Assembly: GCF_001598795.1 (NCBI RefSeq)
Contig: NZ_BCZP01000028.1
Span: 1 to 32,000, forward strand
Source: Delftia acidovorans NBRC 14950
Lineage (GTDB): Bacteria; Pseudomonadota; Gammaproteobacteria; Burkholderiales; Burkholderiaceae_C
DNA: 32,000 bases
Direction: 5' to 3'
Numbering within the stretch: the stretch's first letter is position 1; each line of letters opens with the position of its first letter. Positions 24,793 to 32,000 of the stretch are shown here, one piece after another. The notes under the pieces are model-generated. The model saw only the letters and a program-made list of their open reading frames with translations. It searched no databases and had not been told where the DNA came from. Made by a program: the position numbers and the translations under genes.

Positions 24793-25878
24793 ATGAAATA
24801 CAAAGCAATTGCCGCATTGGCGATGCTGGGCGGCGCGGGAGCGGCGCTGGCCCAGAGTTCGGTGACGCTGTACGGCAGCATGGACCTGACCATGCCCTGG
24901 GTCAGCGATGTGCGCGGGAGCCGGCTGACGCGCATGGATTCGGCCATTTCCCAGCCTGACCTCTGGGGCCTGCGCGGCTCCGAGGATCTGGGCGGTGGCA
25001 TGAAGGCCTCGTTCCAGCTGGAGAACGGATTCCTCACGGACATCGGCTCGCCGATCTCGCCGACCAGCTACTTCAACCGGGCTTCCTGGGTGGGTCTGGA
25101 CAGCGCGTCGATGGGCTCGGTGCGGCTGGGTCGCCAGGTCGATTTCACGGCCGGCACGCTGAGCCAGTGGGGCAACGGCTATCAGCTCTACAACTTCTAT
25201 CTCTACCACCCCGGCAACCTGGACGGCCTGTCCAGCCAGTTTCCGGTGGACAACTCCGTGGTCTACCTGACGCCCAGCATGGGCGGCATGCAGTTCGGCG
25301 CGCAGTACGGCTTTGGCGAGGTGCCGGGCCGCTCGCAGGCCAACCGCACCTATAGCGTCATGGGCAGCTATTCCAGTGCCAAGCTCAATCTGGCCGTGGC
25401 CTACACCGATGCGCGTGGCCGTGCCTTCGATATCGCCGGGCGCACGGGCCTGGCGAACGCGCTGGGCCAGGACCTGGTGGCGGGCCGGCCGCTGGTGCTC
25501 GACACCTTCCAGGTGCTGGGCATCGGCGGCGGTTACCAGCTCGATGCGCTTCCGGTCCGGCTCAACGCGCTGCTGACGCGTTCCACGCTCAAGTACGGCG
25601 CAGCCTCCAGCAACATGAGTGCGCTCGACCTGGGCCTGGCCTGGCAGACCAGCCAGGCCGTGACCATCAACACGGGCTACTCCTTCAGCCGCTTCGAGCA
25701 GACGAAGTGGAACCAGGTCCACCTGGGCGCGCGCTATGCCTTCTCCAAACGCACGCAGCTGCATGCCTCGGTCACGCACCAGCGCGCCTCGGATGGCGTG
25801 GCGGCGATGAACTCCGTGGGCGTTGCCAGCGGGCGCACGCAGACCGTGATTGCGGCAGGCATACACCACTCGTTCTGA
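24793..25878 (+). CDS. Outer-membrane general porin (Gram-negative porin family)
   Basis: Signal peptide MKYKAIAALAMLGGAGAALA|QSSVTLYG. The GLRGSEDLGGGMKASFQLE motif, alternating beta-strand pattern and C-terminal ...GIHHSF are typical of the family. Confidence 0.88.
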   Translation: MKYKAIAALAMLGGAGAALAQSSVTLYGSMDLTMPWVSDVRGSRLTRMDSAISQPDLWGLRGSEDLGGGMKASFQLENGFLTDIGSPISPTSYFNRASWVGLDSASMGSVRLGRQVDFTAGTLSQWGNGYQLYNFYLYHPGNLDGLSSQFPVDNSVVYLTPSMGGMQFGAQYGFGEVPGRSQANRTYSVMGSYSSAKLNLAVAYTDARGRAFDIAGRTGLANALGQDLVAGRPLVLDTFQVLGIGGGYQLDALPVRLNALLTRSTLKYGAASSNMSALDLGLAWQTSQAVTINTGYSFSRFEQTKWNQVHLGARYAFSKRTQLHASVTHQRASDGVAAMNSVGVASGRTQTVIAAGIHHSF

Positions 25879-25929
25879 GAGGCATGAGACATGCAGCCCG
25901 GTCGATGCGGGCGCATTGGAGACCCCACG

Positions 25930-26376
25930 ATGAAATTCACCCTCAATTCCCAAAGCGTGGCCTTTGACGGCGACGGGCAGACCCCGTTGCTGTGGGTGCT
26001 GCGCGATCACTTCAAGCTGCCCGGCACCAAGTTCGGCTGCGGCATCAGCATGTGCGGGGCCTGCACGGTCCATGTCGATGGCGAGCCGGTGCGCTCCTGC
26101 GTGCTGCCCGTCTCGACGGTGGGCGGCAAGGCGGTCACGACCATCGAAGGGCTGTCCAGCAACCGTTCCCACCCCATCCAGAAGGCCTGGATGGACAAGG
26201 ACGTGCCGCAGTGCGGCTACTGCCAGTCCGGCATGGTCATGGCCGCTGCCGCGTTGCTCAAGACCCATCCACAGCCCACCGATGCGCAGATCGACGAGGC
26301 CATGACCAATCTGTGCCGCTGCGCCACCTACCACCGCATCCGGGAGGCCATCCATGCCGCAGCGTCCAAGCAATGA
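25930..26376 (+). CDS. [2Fe-2S]-binding small subunit of a molybdenum hydroxylase (IorA / aldehyde-oxidoreductase alpha type)
   Basis: Two 2Fe-2S cysteine clusters: [12 protein letters not shown] and QCGYCQSG...CRC. The ATG at 25930 is preferred over the track start at 25891. Confidence 0.9.
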   Translation: MKFTLNSQSVAFDGDGQTPLLWVLRDHFKLPGTKFGCGISMCGACTVHVDGEPVRSCVLPVSTVGGKAVTTIEGLSSNRSHPIQKAWMDKDVPQCGYCQSGMVMAAAALLKTHPQPTDAQIDEAMTNLCRCATYHRIREAIHAAASKQ

Positions 26377-28603
26377 ACGGGGCCGCACGGCCGGCTCTGC
26401 CATCTCGCTGCGGCGCAGGCATCTGCTCCAGAGCGCTGCTGCGCTGCTGGTGGCGCCTGCTGCCGGCAGCCTGCTGATTCCGCTGGCGCAGGCCGCGCCA
26501 GCGGAGGCCGGTGCAGCGGCAGCAACGGCCTCCTCCATCGGCGACTGGGTCTGGATCGAGCCTTCGGGGCAGGTCGTGATCGGCGTGTCGCAGTGCGAGG
26601 TGGGCCAGGGCATCTACACGGGCCTGCCCCAGGTGCTGGCCGACGAGCTCGATGCCGACTGGGCCAGCGTGACCGTGCGCTTCGTCACGGGGCGCGACGC
26701 CTATCGCAACGACGCGGGCGAGATGCCGTTCCAGCAGTTCGTGGGCGCGTCGATGTCGATGAACTATTTCTACGAGCGCATGCGCCTGGCCGGTGCCCAG
26801 GCCCGTGATGTGCTGCTGCGTGCCGGCGCGGCCCGGCTGGGCGTGCGGGCATCCCAGTGCAGCACGCGCGCCGGCCGCGTGCTGCACTCCGCGACGGGCC
26901 GCAGCGTGGGCTACGGCGAGATCGTGGCCGAGGCTTCCAGGCTGCCCCTGGCCGCGCGGCCGCGCATGAAGTCGGCTTCCGAGCAGGGCCTGATCGGCCG
27001 CAACCTGCGGCGGGTGGACACCCCGGCCAAGGTCGATGGCAGTGCGGTCTTCGGCATCGATGTCGAGGTGCCCGGCATGCTGATCGGCGCCGTGCGCATG
27101 GCGCCCAGCGTAACGGGGCGCATCGTGCGCATCCGCAACGAGGGCGAGGTGAGCGCGCGCCCCGGCGTGCATGCCGTCGTGCGCACCACGCAGTGGCCCG
27201 ACCCCGAGCCCAGCACCGTTGTCGTGGTGGCCGATTCGTACTGGATCGCCAAGCAGGCCGCCGATGCGCTGGACATCGAATTCGACGCCGGCGCGGCGGC
27301 CGGCGTGGACAGCGAGCGCATCCATGCGCAGTTCGTCGCAGGCCTGGCCAGCGACAAGGCCGTCGTTGCCCGCAGCCTGGGCAAGCCGCGCGAAATGCTG
27401 GCGGCGGGCAAGCCGATCACGGCCGACTACCACTCGCCCTACATCACGCACGCCACCATGGAGCCGCTGGCCGCCACTGTCCATGTGCGCGACGGCGAGG
27501 TCGAGACCTGGGGGCCCTACCAGGGCCAGGACTTCCTGCGCGGCGAACTCGGCAAGGCCTGCGGGGTGCCTGCGGACAAGGTCATCGTGCACACCACCTT
27601 CCTCGGAGGCAGCTTCGGGCGCAAGTACATGCCCGACTTCGCCTTGCATGCGGCAGCGGCATCCAAGGCCGTGGGCCGGCCCGTCAAGGTCATCCGCTCG
27701 CGCGAGGACGACATACGGCATTCCTACTACCGGCCCGGTGCCTCGGGGCGGCTGAGTGCCGTGCTGGGCGCCGACGGCCTGCCTGCCGCGCTGCATGCAC
27801 GCATCTCGGGCCAGTCGCTGTACGGGGCCATCAACCCCAAGAAGATGGCCGATGCAGGCGGCTGGGACGAGACCATGGTCGAGTCCATCTACGACCTGAT
27901 CTACGGCGTGCCCAACCTGCTGGTGGATGCCGTGGACGTGCAGCAGCCCATACCGCTGAGCTATCTGCGCAGCGTGGGCACCACGTCCAGCGTGTTCTTC
28001 CTGGAAAGCTTCATCAGCGAGCTGGCCCACACCGCAGGCGTGGACGACTACCAGTACCGGCGCCGCCTGCTGGCCGGCCAGCCGCTGGCGCTGGGCGTGC
28101 TGGATGCGGCGGCGCGGGCCGCGCGCTGGGAGCAGCCCGTACCGGCAGGCCTGCACCGCGCCATGACCTTCAACGTCTACACGGGGCGGGGCGAGAGCTT
28201 CCAGACCTTCGTCGCACTGGTCATGGAATTGCGTGTTGTGGAAGGCCGCGTGCGGCTGGAGCGCGCCATCTGCGCCATCGACGCGGGCCGCGTGGTCAAC
28301 CCGGGACTGGTCAAGGCCAATGTGGAAGGCGGCATCGGCTTTGCGCTGACCAACACCTTCAAGAGCCGGCTGGGCTTTGACAAGGGCGTGGTGCAGCAAA
28401 GCAATTTCCACGACTACCCGCTGCTGCAACTGTCCGAAATGCCCCGCGTGGAGGTGGTCCTGGTCGAGAGCGACCGGCCGCCCCAGGGCTGCGGCGAAGT
28501 GGCCCTGGGCCCCACGGCGCCCGCCGTGGCCACGGCCCTGTTCCATGCCACCGGCCGCCGGTTCCGCTCCATGCCGCTGCCGCAGGACATCGCGTCCACC
28601 TGA
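26354..28603 (+). CDS. Molybdopterin-binding large subunit of a molybdenum hydroxylase (IorB type), Tat-exported
   Basis: 749 aa. Twin-arginine signal [22 protein letters not shown]...AQA. Xanthine-dehydrogenase-family segments are present ([40 protein letters not shown]). It overlaps the small-subunit gene by 23 nt. Confidence 0.88.
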   Translation: MPQRPSNERGRTAGSAISLRRRHLLQSAAALLVAPAAGSLLIPLAQAAPAEAGAAAATASSIGDWVWIEPSGQVVIGVSQCEVGQGIYTGLPQVLADELDADWASVTVRFVTGRDAYRNDAGEMPFQQFVGASMSMNYFYERMRLAGAQARDVLLRAGAARLGVRASQCSTRAGRVLHSATGRSVGYGEIVAEASRLPLAARPRMKSASEQGLIGRNLRRVDTPAKVDGSAVFGIDVEVPGMLIGAVRMAPSVTGRIVRIRNEGEVSARPGVHAVVRTTQWPDPEPSTVVVVADSYWIAKQAADALDIEFDAGAAAGVDSERIHAQFVAGLASDKAVVARSLGKPREMLAAGKPITADYHSPYITHATMEPLAATVHVRDGEVETWGPYQGQDFLRGELGKACGVPADKVIVHTTFLGGSFGRKYMPDFALHAAAASKAVGRPVKVIRSREDDIRHSYYRPGASGRLSAVLGADGLPAALHARISGQSLYGAINPKKMADAGGWDETMVESIYDLIYGVPNLLVDAVDVQQPIPLSYLRSVGTTSSVFFLESFISELAHTAGVDDYQYRRRLLAGQPLALGVLDAAARAARWEQPVPAGLHRAMTFNVYTGRGESFQTFVALVMELRVVEGRVRLERAICAIDAGRVVNPGLVKANVEGGIGFALTNTFKSRLGFDKGVVQQSNFHDYPLLQLSEMPRVEVVLVESDRPPQGCGEVALGPTAPAVATALFHATGRRFRSMPLPQDIAST

Positions 28604-28641
28604 TCACCCCCCAACCCGCTTTTTTTGAGAAAAGGAATTTC

Positions 28642-29463
28642 ATGCAAGTCGAACACATCACCCCGTGCATAGGATCGGAGATCTACGGCATCGATCTCTC
28701 GGACCCGGCGCAGGTGCATGACCATGCGGACGCGCTGCGCCGGCTGCTGGCCGAGCGCCAGGTCATCTTCTTCCGCGACCAGACGCTGGACCCTGCGCAG
28801 CAGGTGCGCGTGGCCCAGGTGTTCGGCAAGGTAGAGCCCGTGTCCTCCACCTTTCCCTCGCACCCGGACGATCCCCATGTCGAGCTGCTGATCAGCCAGG
28901 GCACGCGCACCGGCACCGACATCTGGCATGCCGACCTGACCTGGCAGACCAAGCCGCCCGCCGGTGCCTGCCTCTACGCCGTGGACGTGCCGCCCACGGG
29001 CGGCGACACCATGTGGGCCAGCATGACCACGGCCTTCGCCTCGCTGGCGCCCGAGCTGCAGGCCTATCTGCGCAAGCTGCGCGCCACCCACAACTGGGAG
29101 GCGCCAGCGCTCAGGCAAAGCCTGATGCGCCGAGATCCGTCTGGCGAGGCCTATCGCGCCACCCGCCTCAAGCATCCGCCGCTGGAGCAGCCCGTGGTCC
29201 TGGTGCACCCGGTGACCTGCCTGCCCGTGGCCTTTGTGAACTCGCTCTACACCACGCACATCGAGGGCGTCACCAGCGACGAGAGCGCGGCCCTGATCGC
29301 CATGCTCAGCGGGCTGGCCAAGGTGCCTGAATGGCAGGTGCGCTTTCGCTGGCGCAAGGGCTCGGTGGCCATCTGGGACAACCTGGCCACGCAGCACTAC
29401 GCGGTCAATGACTACCACCCCGCAGCGCGGCGGATGCACCGTGTGGCGATACGCCAGGCTTGA
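28642..29463 (+). CDS. TauD/TfdA-family Fe(II)/2-oxoglutarate-dependent dioxygenase
   Basis: 273 aa. HxD in IWHADLTW, PPTGGDTMWASM, the distal His in WDNLATQHYAVNDY and RRMHRVAI. No signal peptide. AAGGA Shine-Dalgarno. Confidence 0.88.
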   Translation: MQVEHITPCIGSEIYGIDLSDPAQVHDHADALRRLLAERQVIFFRDQTLDPAQQVRVAQVFGKVEPVSSTFPSHPDDPHVELLISQGTRTGTDIWHADLTWQTKPPAGACLYAVDVPPTGGDTMWASMTTAFASLAPELQAYLRKLRATHNWEAPALRQSLMRRDPSGEAYRATRLKHPPLEQPVVLVHPVTCLPVAFVNSLYTTHIEGVTSDESAALIAMLSGLAKVPEWQVRFRWRKGSVAIWDNLATQHYAVNDYHPAARRMHRVAIRQA

Positions 29464-29501
29464 GCCCGGCAACGAACTTTGCTGACAATGAAAAAACCAC
29501 G

Positions 29502-30494
29502 ATGAAAGCCCTCTCCATGAAAGCGAAACGCAGAACGCTCGCCCTGGGCGCGGCCATGGCCCTGGCGCTGCTCGCCGGTCCGGCGCAGGCCCAGACCTAC
29601 CCCCACAAGCCGGTCACCATCGTCGTGGCCTACCCCGCAGGCGGCGATACCGACGCGCTGGCGCGGCTGCTGGGCGAGAAGCTGTCGGCCCGCATCGGCC
29701 AGTCCGTGCTCGTGGACAACCGCGCGGGCGCCAGCGGCACCATAGGCAGCAGTTTCGTGGCCAAGGCACCGGCCGATGGCTACACGCTGCTGCTGGCGCC
29801 CAATACCTTTGCCATGGCCCAACTGGTGCTCAAGCTGGGCGCGGGCCACGGCTACGACGTGCTCAATGGCTTCACGCCCGTGATCGAGGTCGGCTCCACT
29901 TCGCTGTTCCTCGTCGCCGGGCCCGGTGCGGGCGTGCGCAGCTTCAAGGAGGCCATCTCCTCCAGCCAAGGCCGCTCGCTGGGCTATGCCACGCCGGGCA
30001 ATGGCTCGCCCATGCACTTCCTCGGCGAGATGGTCCGGCGCGCCACGGGCGCCCGCTTCGAGGCCATTCCCTACAAGGGCGTGGCGCCGGCCGTCACCGA
30101 TGTGGTGGGCGGCCATGTGCCCTTCACCTACAGCACGCTGGGCTCCATCGCTCCCTATCTGCCCGGCGGCAAGCTGGTGGCGCTGGCCGTGGCCGACGCC
30201 CAGCGCTCACCGCTGGCGCCCGACGTGCCCACGCTGGCCGAGCTGGGCTACAAGGACGTGGAGCTGACTGCCTGGTACGGCCTGTTCGGCCCCAGGAACA
30301 TGCCCGCCGAGGTGGTCAAGCTCCTGAACACGCACCTCAACGAGATCCTCAGGATGCCCGACGTGGTGGCGCGCATGGCCACGCTGGGAACCGTCCCTGT
30401 GGGCGGCCCGCCCCAGCGGCTGGGCAAGACCAATGCCGGCGATTTCGAGCGTTTCGGGCGGCTGGTCAAGGAGCTGGGCATACAGCCGGACTAG
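29502..30494 (+). CDS. Bug-family (TctC-like) tripartite tricarboxylate transporter substrate-binding protein, orphan
   Basis: Signal peptide ...ALALLAGPAQA|QTYPHKPVTIVVAYPAGGDTDALARLL...VDNRAGASGTIG. No tctA or tctB is adjacent. An alternative ATG lies at 29517. Confidence 0.88.
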   Translation: MKALSMKAKRRTLALGAAMALALLAGPAQAQTYPHKPVTIVVAYPAGGDTDALARLLGEKLSARIGQSVLVDNRAGASGTIGSSFVAKAPADGYTLLLAPNTFAMAQLVLKLGAGHGYDVLNGFTPVIEVGSTSLFLVAGPGAGVRSFKEAISSSQGRSLGYATPGNGSPMHFLGEMVRRATGARFEAIPYKGVAPAVTDVVGGHVPFTYSTLGSIAPYLPGGKLVALAVADAQRSPLAPDVPTLAELGYKDVELTAWYGLFGPRNMPAEVVKLLNTHLNEILRMPDVVARMATLGTVPVGGPPQRLGKTNAGDFERFGRLVKELGIQPD

Positions 30495-30547
30495 ATTGAA
30501 CAGGCGCTGAACGAAAGGAGGGAGGAAGCAGCGGGCGCCGGCGCAAG

Positions 30548-31288
30548 TCATCCCGGGTGGTGGCCCGGGGAAGGAGGGTGGTCTTGCGCCGGCGCATCCT
30601 GCCTGATGCGCTCGGCCAGCAGGTGGGACATGAAGCGCAGGTAGCGCTCGATCTGCTGGTCTGCCTCGGGTCCCTCACCGAACAGTTCGGCCAGCAGCGG
30701 CCGTGCCGTGGGCAGGAAGGCCGAAATGCTGAGGATGGCCAGGTGGATGAAGCGCGGGTCCACCTGTGCCGGGTGGCTGGCCTGCGCTCCGTCCATCAGC
30801 ATGGTCGAGGTTAGCTCCAGCCCGCGCCGCGTGATGCGCTGCAGCGGCGTGCCCGAGGGCGGCGGCTCTTCTTCGCTTTCGTAGTGGTAGATCTCGGAGA
30901 GCGCCAGCCGCTCGAACTGCGGGTGCTCGCGCATGAAATCCAGCCGCAGCAGCAGGCGCTGGTAGACGCGCTCTTCCACCGTGCCCTGCGTCCTGAGCGC
31001 CACTTCCATGCGGTTTTGCAACTCGCGCATCAGTGACTCCGTCACCTCCTGCAGCAAGCCCTTGAGGCTGCTGAAGTAGTAGCGCACCAGGGCACGCGTG
31101 ACACCGGCTGCCGCCGCGATTTCCAGAATGCTCAGCTGCTCCGGCGTGCGGGTCTTGAGCAGGTTGACCGTGGTCTGCAGGATGATGTCCCGTCCCACGG
31201 CATCGTCGGCCAGCGGGCGGCCGCTGTTGCGGCGGGGCTTCTTGGGCGCGGATTCGGTTGGCTTCTTTTGAGGCGGCATGCGGGCCAT
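30548..31288 (-). CDS. TetR/AcrR-family transcriptional regulator
   Basis: HTH segment LSILEIAAAAGVTRALVRYYFSSLKGLL with a basic N-terminal tail. Candidate ATGs are at 31288 and 31279. The track start at 31414 overlaps the upstream gene. Confidence 0.85.
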   Translation of the reverse strand: MARMPPQKKPTESAPKKPRRNSGRPLADDAVGRDIILQTTVNLLKTRTPEQLSILEIAAAAGVTRALVRYYFSSLKGLLQEVTESLMRELQNRMEVALRTQGTVEERVYQRLLLRLDFMREHPQFERLALSEIYHYESEEEPPPSGTPLQRITRRGLELTSTMLMDGAQASHPAQVDPRFIHLAILSISAFLPTARPLLAELFGEGPEADQQIERYLRFMSHLLAERIRQDAPAQDHPPSPGHHPG

Positions 31289-31325
31289 TGTCGGCGATAC
31301 ACAGGCAGCGGCCGCGCCGCAAGCG

Positions 31326-31658
31326 TCAGGGCTGGGCGGTAATGCGGGCCAGCGCGTCCGCGATCTCGCGGGCCTGCTGGGGCCGCACCAGCCTTTGCAC
31401 CTCCTGCCCGTCACGCAGAAAGATCAGGGTGGGCCAGAGCTTGACGCGGTAGCTGCGACCCAGGGCCCGGCCGGGGCCGTCTTCCACCTTGATGTGCGCC
31501 ACCTGCGGGGCGGCATCCAGCGCCTGCGCAATCAGCGGTTGCGCGCCCTGGCAGTGGCCGCACCAGGCGGTGCCGAACTCCAGCAAGGTAGCGCCGGGCA
31601 GCGTGTCGACGGTGCTGCGATCGGGGGCGTCGGTCAGGTGCTTGGACTGGAAGGGCAT
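31326..31658 (-). CDS. Thioredoxin-fold protein (WCGHC active site)
   Basis: 110 aa: ATLLEFGTAWCGHCQGAQPL...WPTLIFLRDG. AGGAG Shine-Dalgarno. The start lies 11 nt after the moeA stop. Confidence 0.8.
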   Translation of the reverse strand: MPFQSKHLTDAPDRSTVDTLPGATLLEFGTAWCGHCQGAQPLIAQALDAAPQVAHIKVEDGPGRALGRSYRVKLWPTLIFLRDGQEVQRLVRPQQAREIADALARITAQP

Positions 31659-31669
31659 GGAATCTCCTG

Positions 31670-32000
31670 TCAGGGAAAGGCCTGCAGCGGCAGGATGGAT
31701 ACGGTTTCGCCGGCTTGCACGGCACCGCGCTCATGTTCGAGCACGATGAGGCAGTCCGCCTCGGCCATGGAGCGCAGCACGCCCGAACCCTGCGGACCGG
31801 TCGTGCGGACCAGGCAGCGGCCATCGGCGCCTGTGGACAGAAGGCCGCGCTGGTACTCGGTGCGGCCCGGCCGTTTGGACAGCGCATGGGCAGCCACGGC
31901 CTGGGGCAGGGCGACCGGCTCGGCAGCCGCCTGCGCAGCGCCCATGAGCTGCAGCAGCGCCGGACGGACAAAGACCAGAAAGCTGACCATGGCGGCCACG
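31670..32000 (-). CDS. moeA: Molybdopterin molybdotransferase MoeA, C-terminal part (5' end lies beyond the window)
   Basis: VSFLVFVRPALLQLMG...RTEYQRGLL...GSGVLRSMAEADCLIVLEHERGAVQAGETVSILPL matches the end of MoeA domain III and domain IV. The ORF stays open to the window edge. Confidence 0.8.
   Translation of the reverse strand, partial: VAAMVSFLVFVRPALLQLMGAAQAAAEPVALPQAVAAHALSKRPGRTEYQRGLLSTGADGRCLVRTTGPQGSGVLRSMAEADCLIVLEHERGAVQAGETVSILPLQAFP

Noticed and set aside
24772-28546. 613-aa and 762-aa minus-strand ORFs across the porin and Mo-hydroxylase genes. The same applies to 20790..22514 (+), 12311..13558 (+), 10618..12060 (-), 14174..15649 (-) and 998..1993 (-)
   Set aside because: All are antisense to genes with clear family motifs. 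They have the H/R/G/A/Q-rich composition of GC-driven open frames. No independent support exists.
28618-28626. T7 run between the Mo-hydroxylase large subunit and the TauD-like gene, as a possible terminator
   Set aside because: No stable stem precedes the T-run; only a 4-bp GGAC/GTCC pairing lies further upstream. The next gene starts 15 nt later with its own Shine-Dalgarno, so this is more likely a spacer within an operon.
1-32000. Search for mobile elements, CRISPR arrays, toxin-antitoxin or phage-defence cassettes, and tRNA genes
   Set aside because: I found no transposase, integrase or recombinase motifs, no regularly spaced repeats and no tRNA-like cloverleaves in the non-coding gaps. 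I also saw no island-like boundaries: the only AT-rich patches are short promoter regions. The window looks like conserved core chromosome.

Overview
GC-rich (roughly 65-70% by eye) chromosomal core region. Gene content and a Bug/TctC-type binding protein suggest a betaproteobacterium of the Burkholderiales/Comamonadaceae type (inference only). Gene order is as follows. (1) pstC-pstA-pstB-phoU-phoB-phoR, a contiguous phosphate-uptake and Pho-regulon control cluster on the + strand. (2) On the - strand, a GT-C-like membrane protein translationally coupled (ATGA overlap) to a MATE efflux protein. (3) rpmE2 (L31 type B). (4) A divergent pair: an HTH-fused citrate-synthase-like protein and an unusual family III CoA-transferase. 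(5) rho and trxA. (6) A HI0933-type flavoprotein. (7) SRP RNA (ffs, missed by the ORF track), divergent from dnaX-ybaB-(terminator)-recR. (8) A MAPEG protein, an orphan NMT1-like binding protein, then mltD-gloB / methyltransferase-rnhA, the same arrangement I recall for E. coli. (9) A five-gene + strand cluster: porin, IorA/IorB-type molybdenum hydroxylase, TauD-like dioxygenase and Bug/TctC binding protein. (10) Convergent tetR, a thioredoxin-like gene and the 3' part of moeA. I found no transposase, integrase, CRISPR array, tRNA or recognisable defence genes, so this is mostly ordinary housekeeping DNA. Five items deserve a second look. First, the HTH-citrate-synthase-like / permuted CoA-transferase module and its AT-rich palindromic control region. 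Second, an in-frame A9 slippery run in dnaX with stops close by in both alternative frames. Third, a strong intrinsic terminator plus two extra hairpins between ybaB and recR. Fourth, the porin/Mo-hydroxylase/TauD/Bug cluster with twin 7-N4-7 inverted repeats upstream. Fifth, a perfect 17-bp palindrome in the trxA upstream region. The many long ORFs antisense to real genes are GC-driven shadow ORFs.
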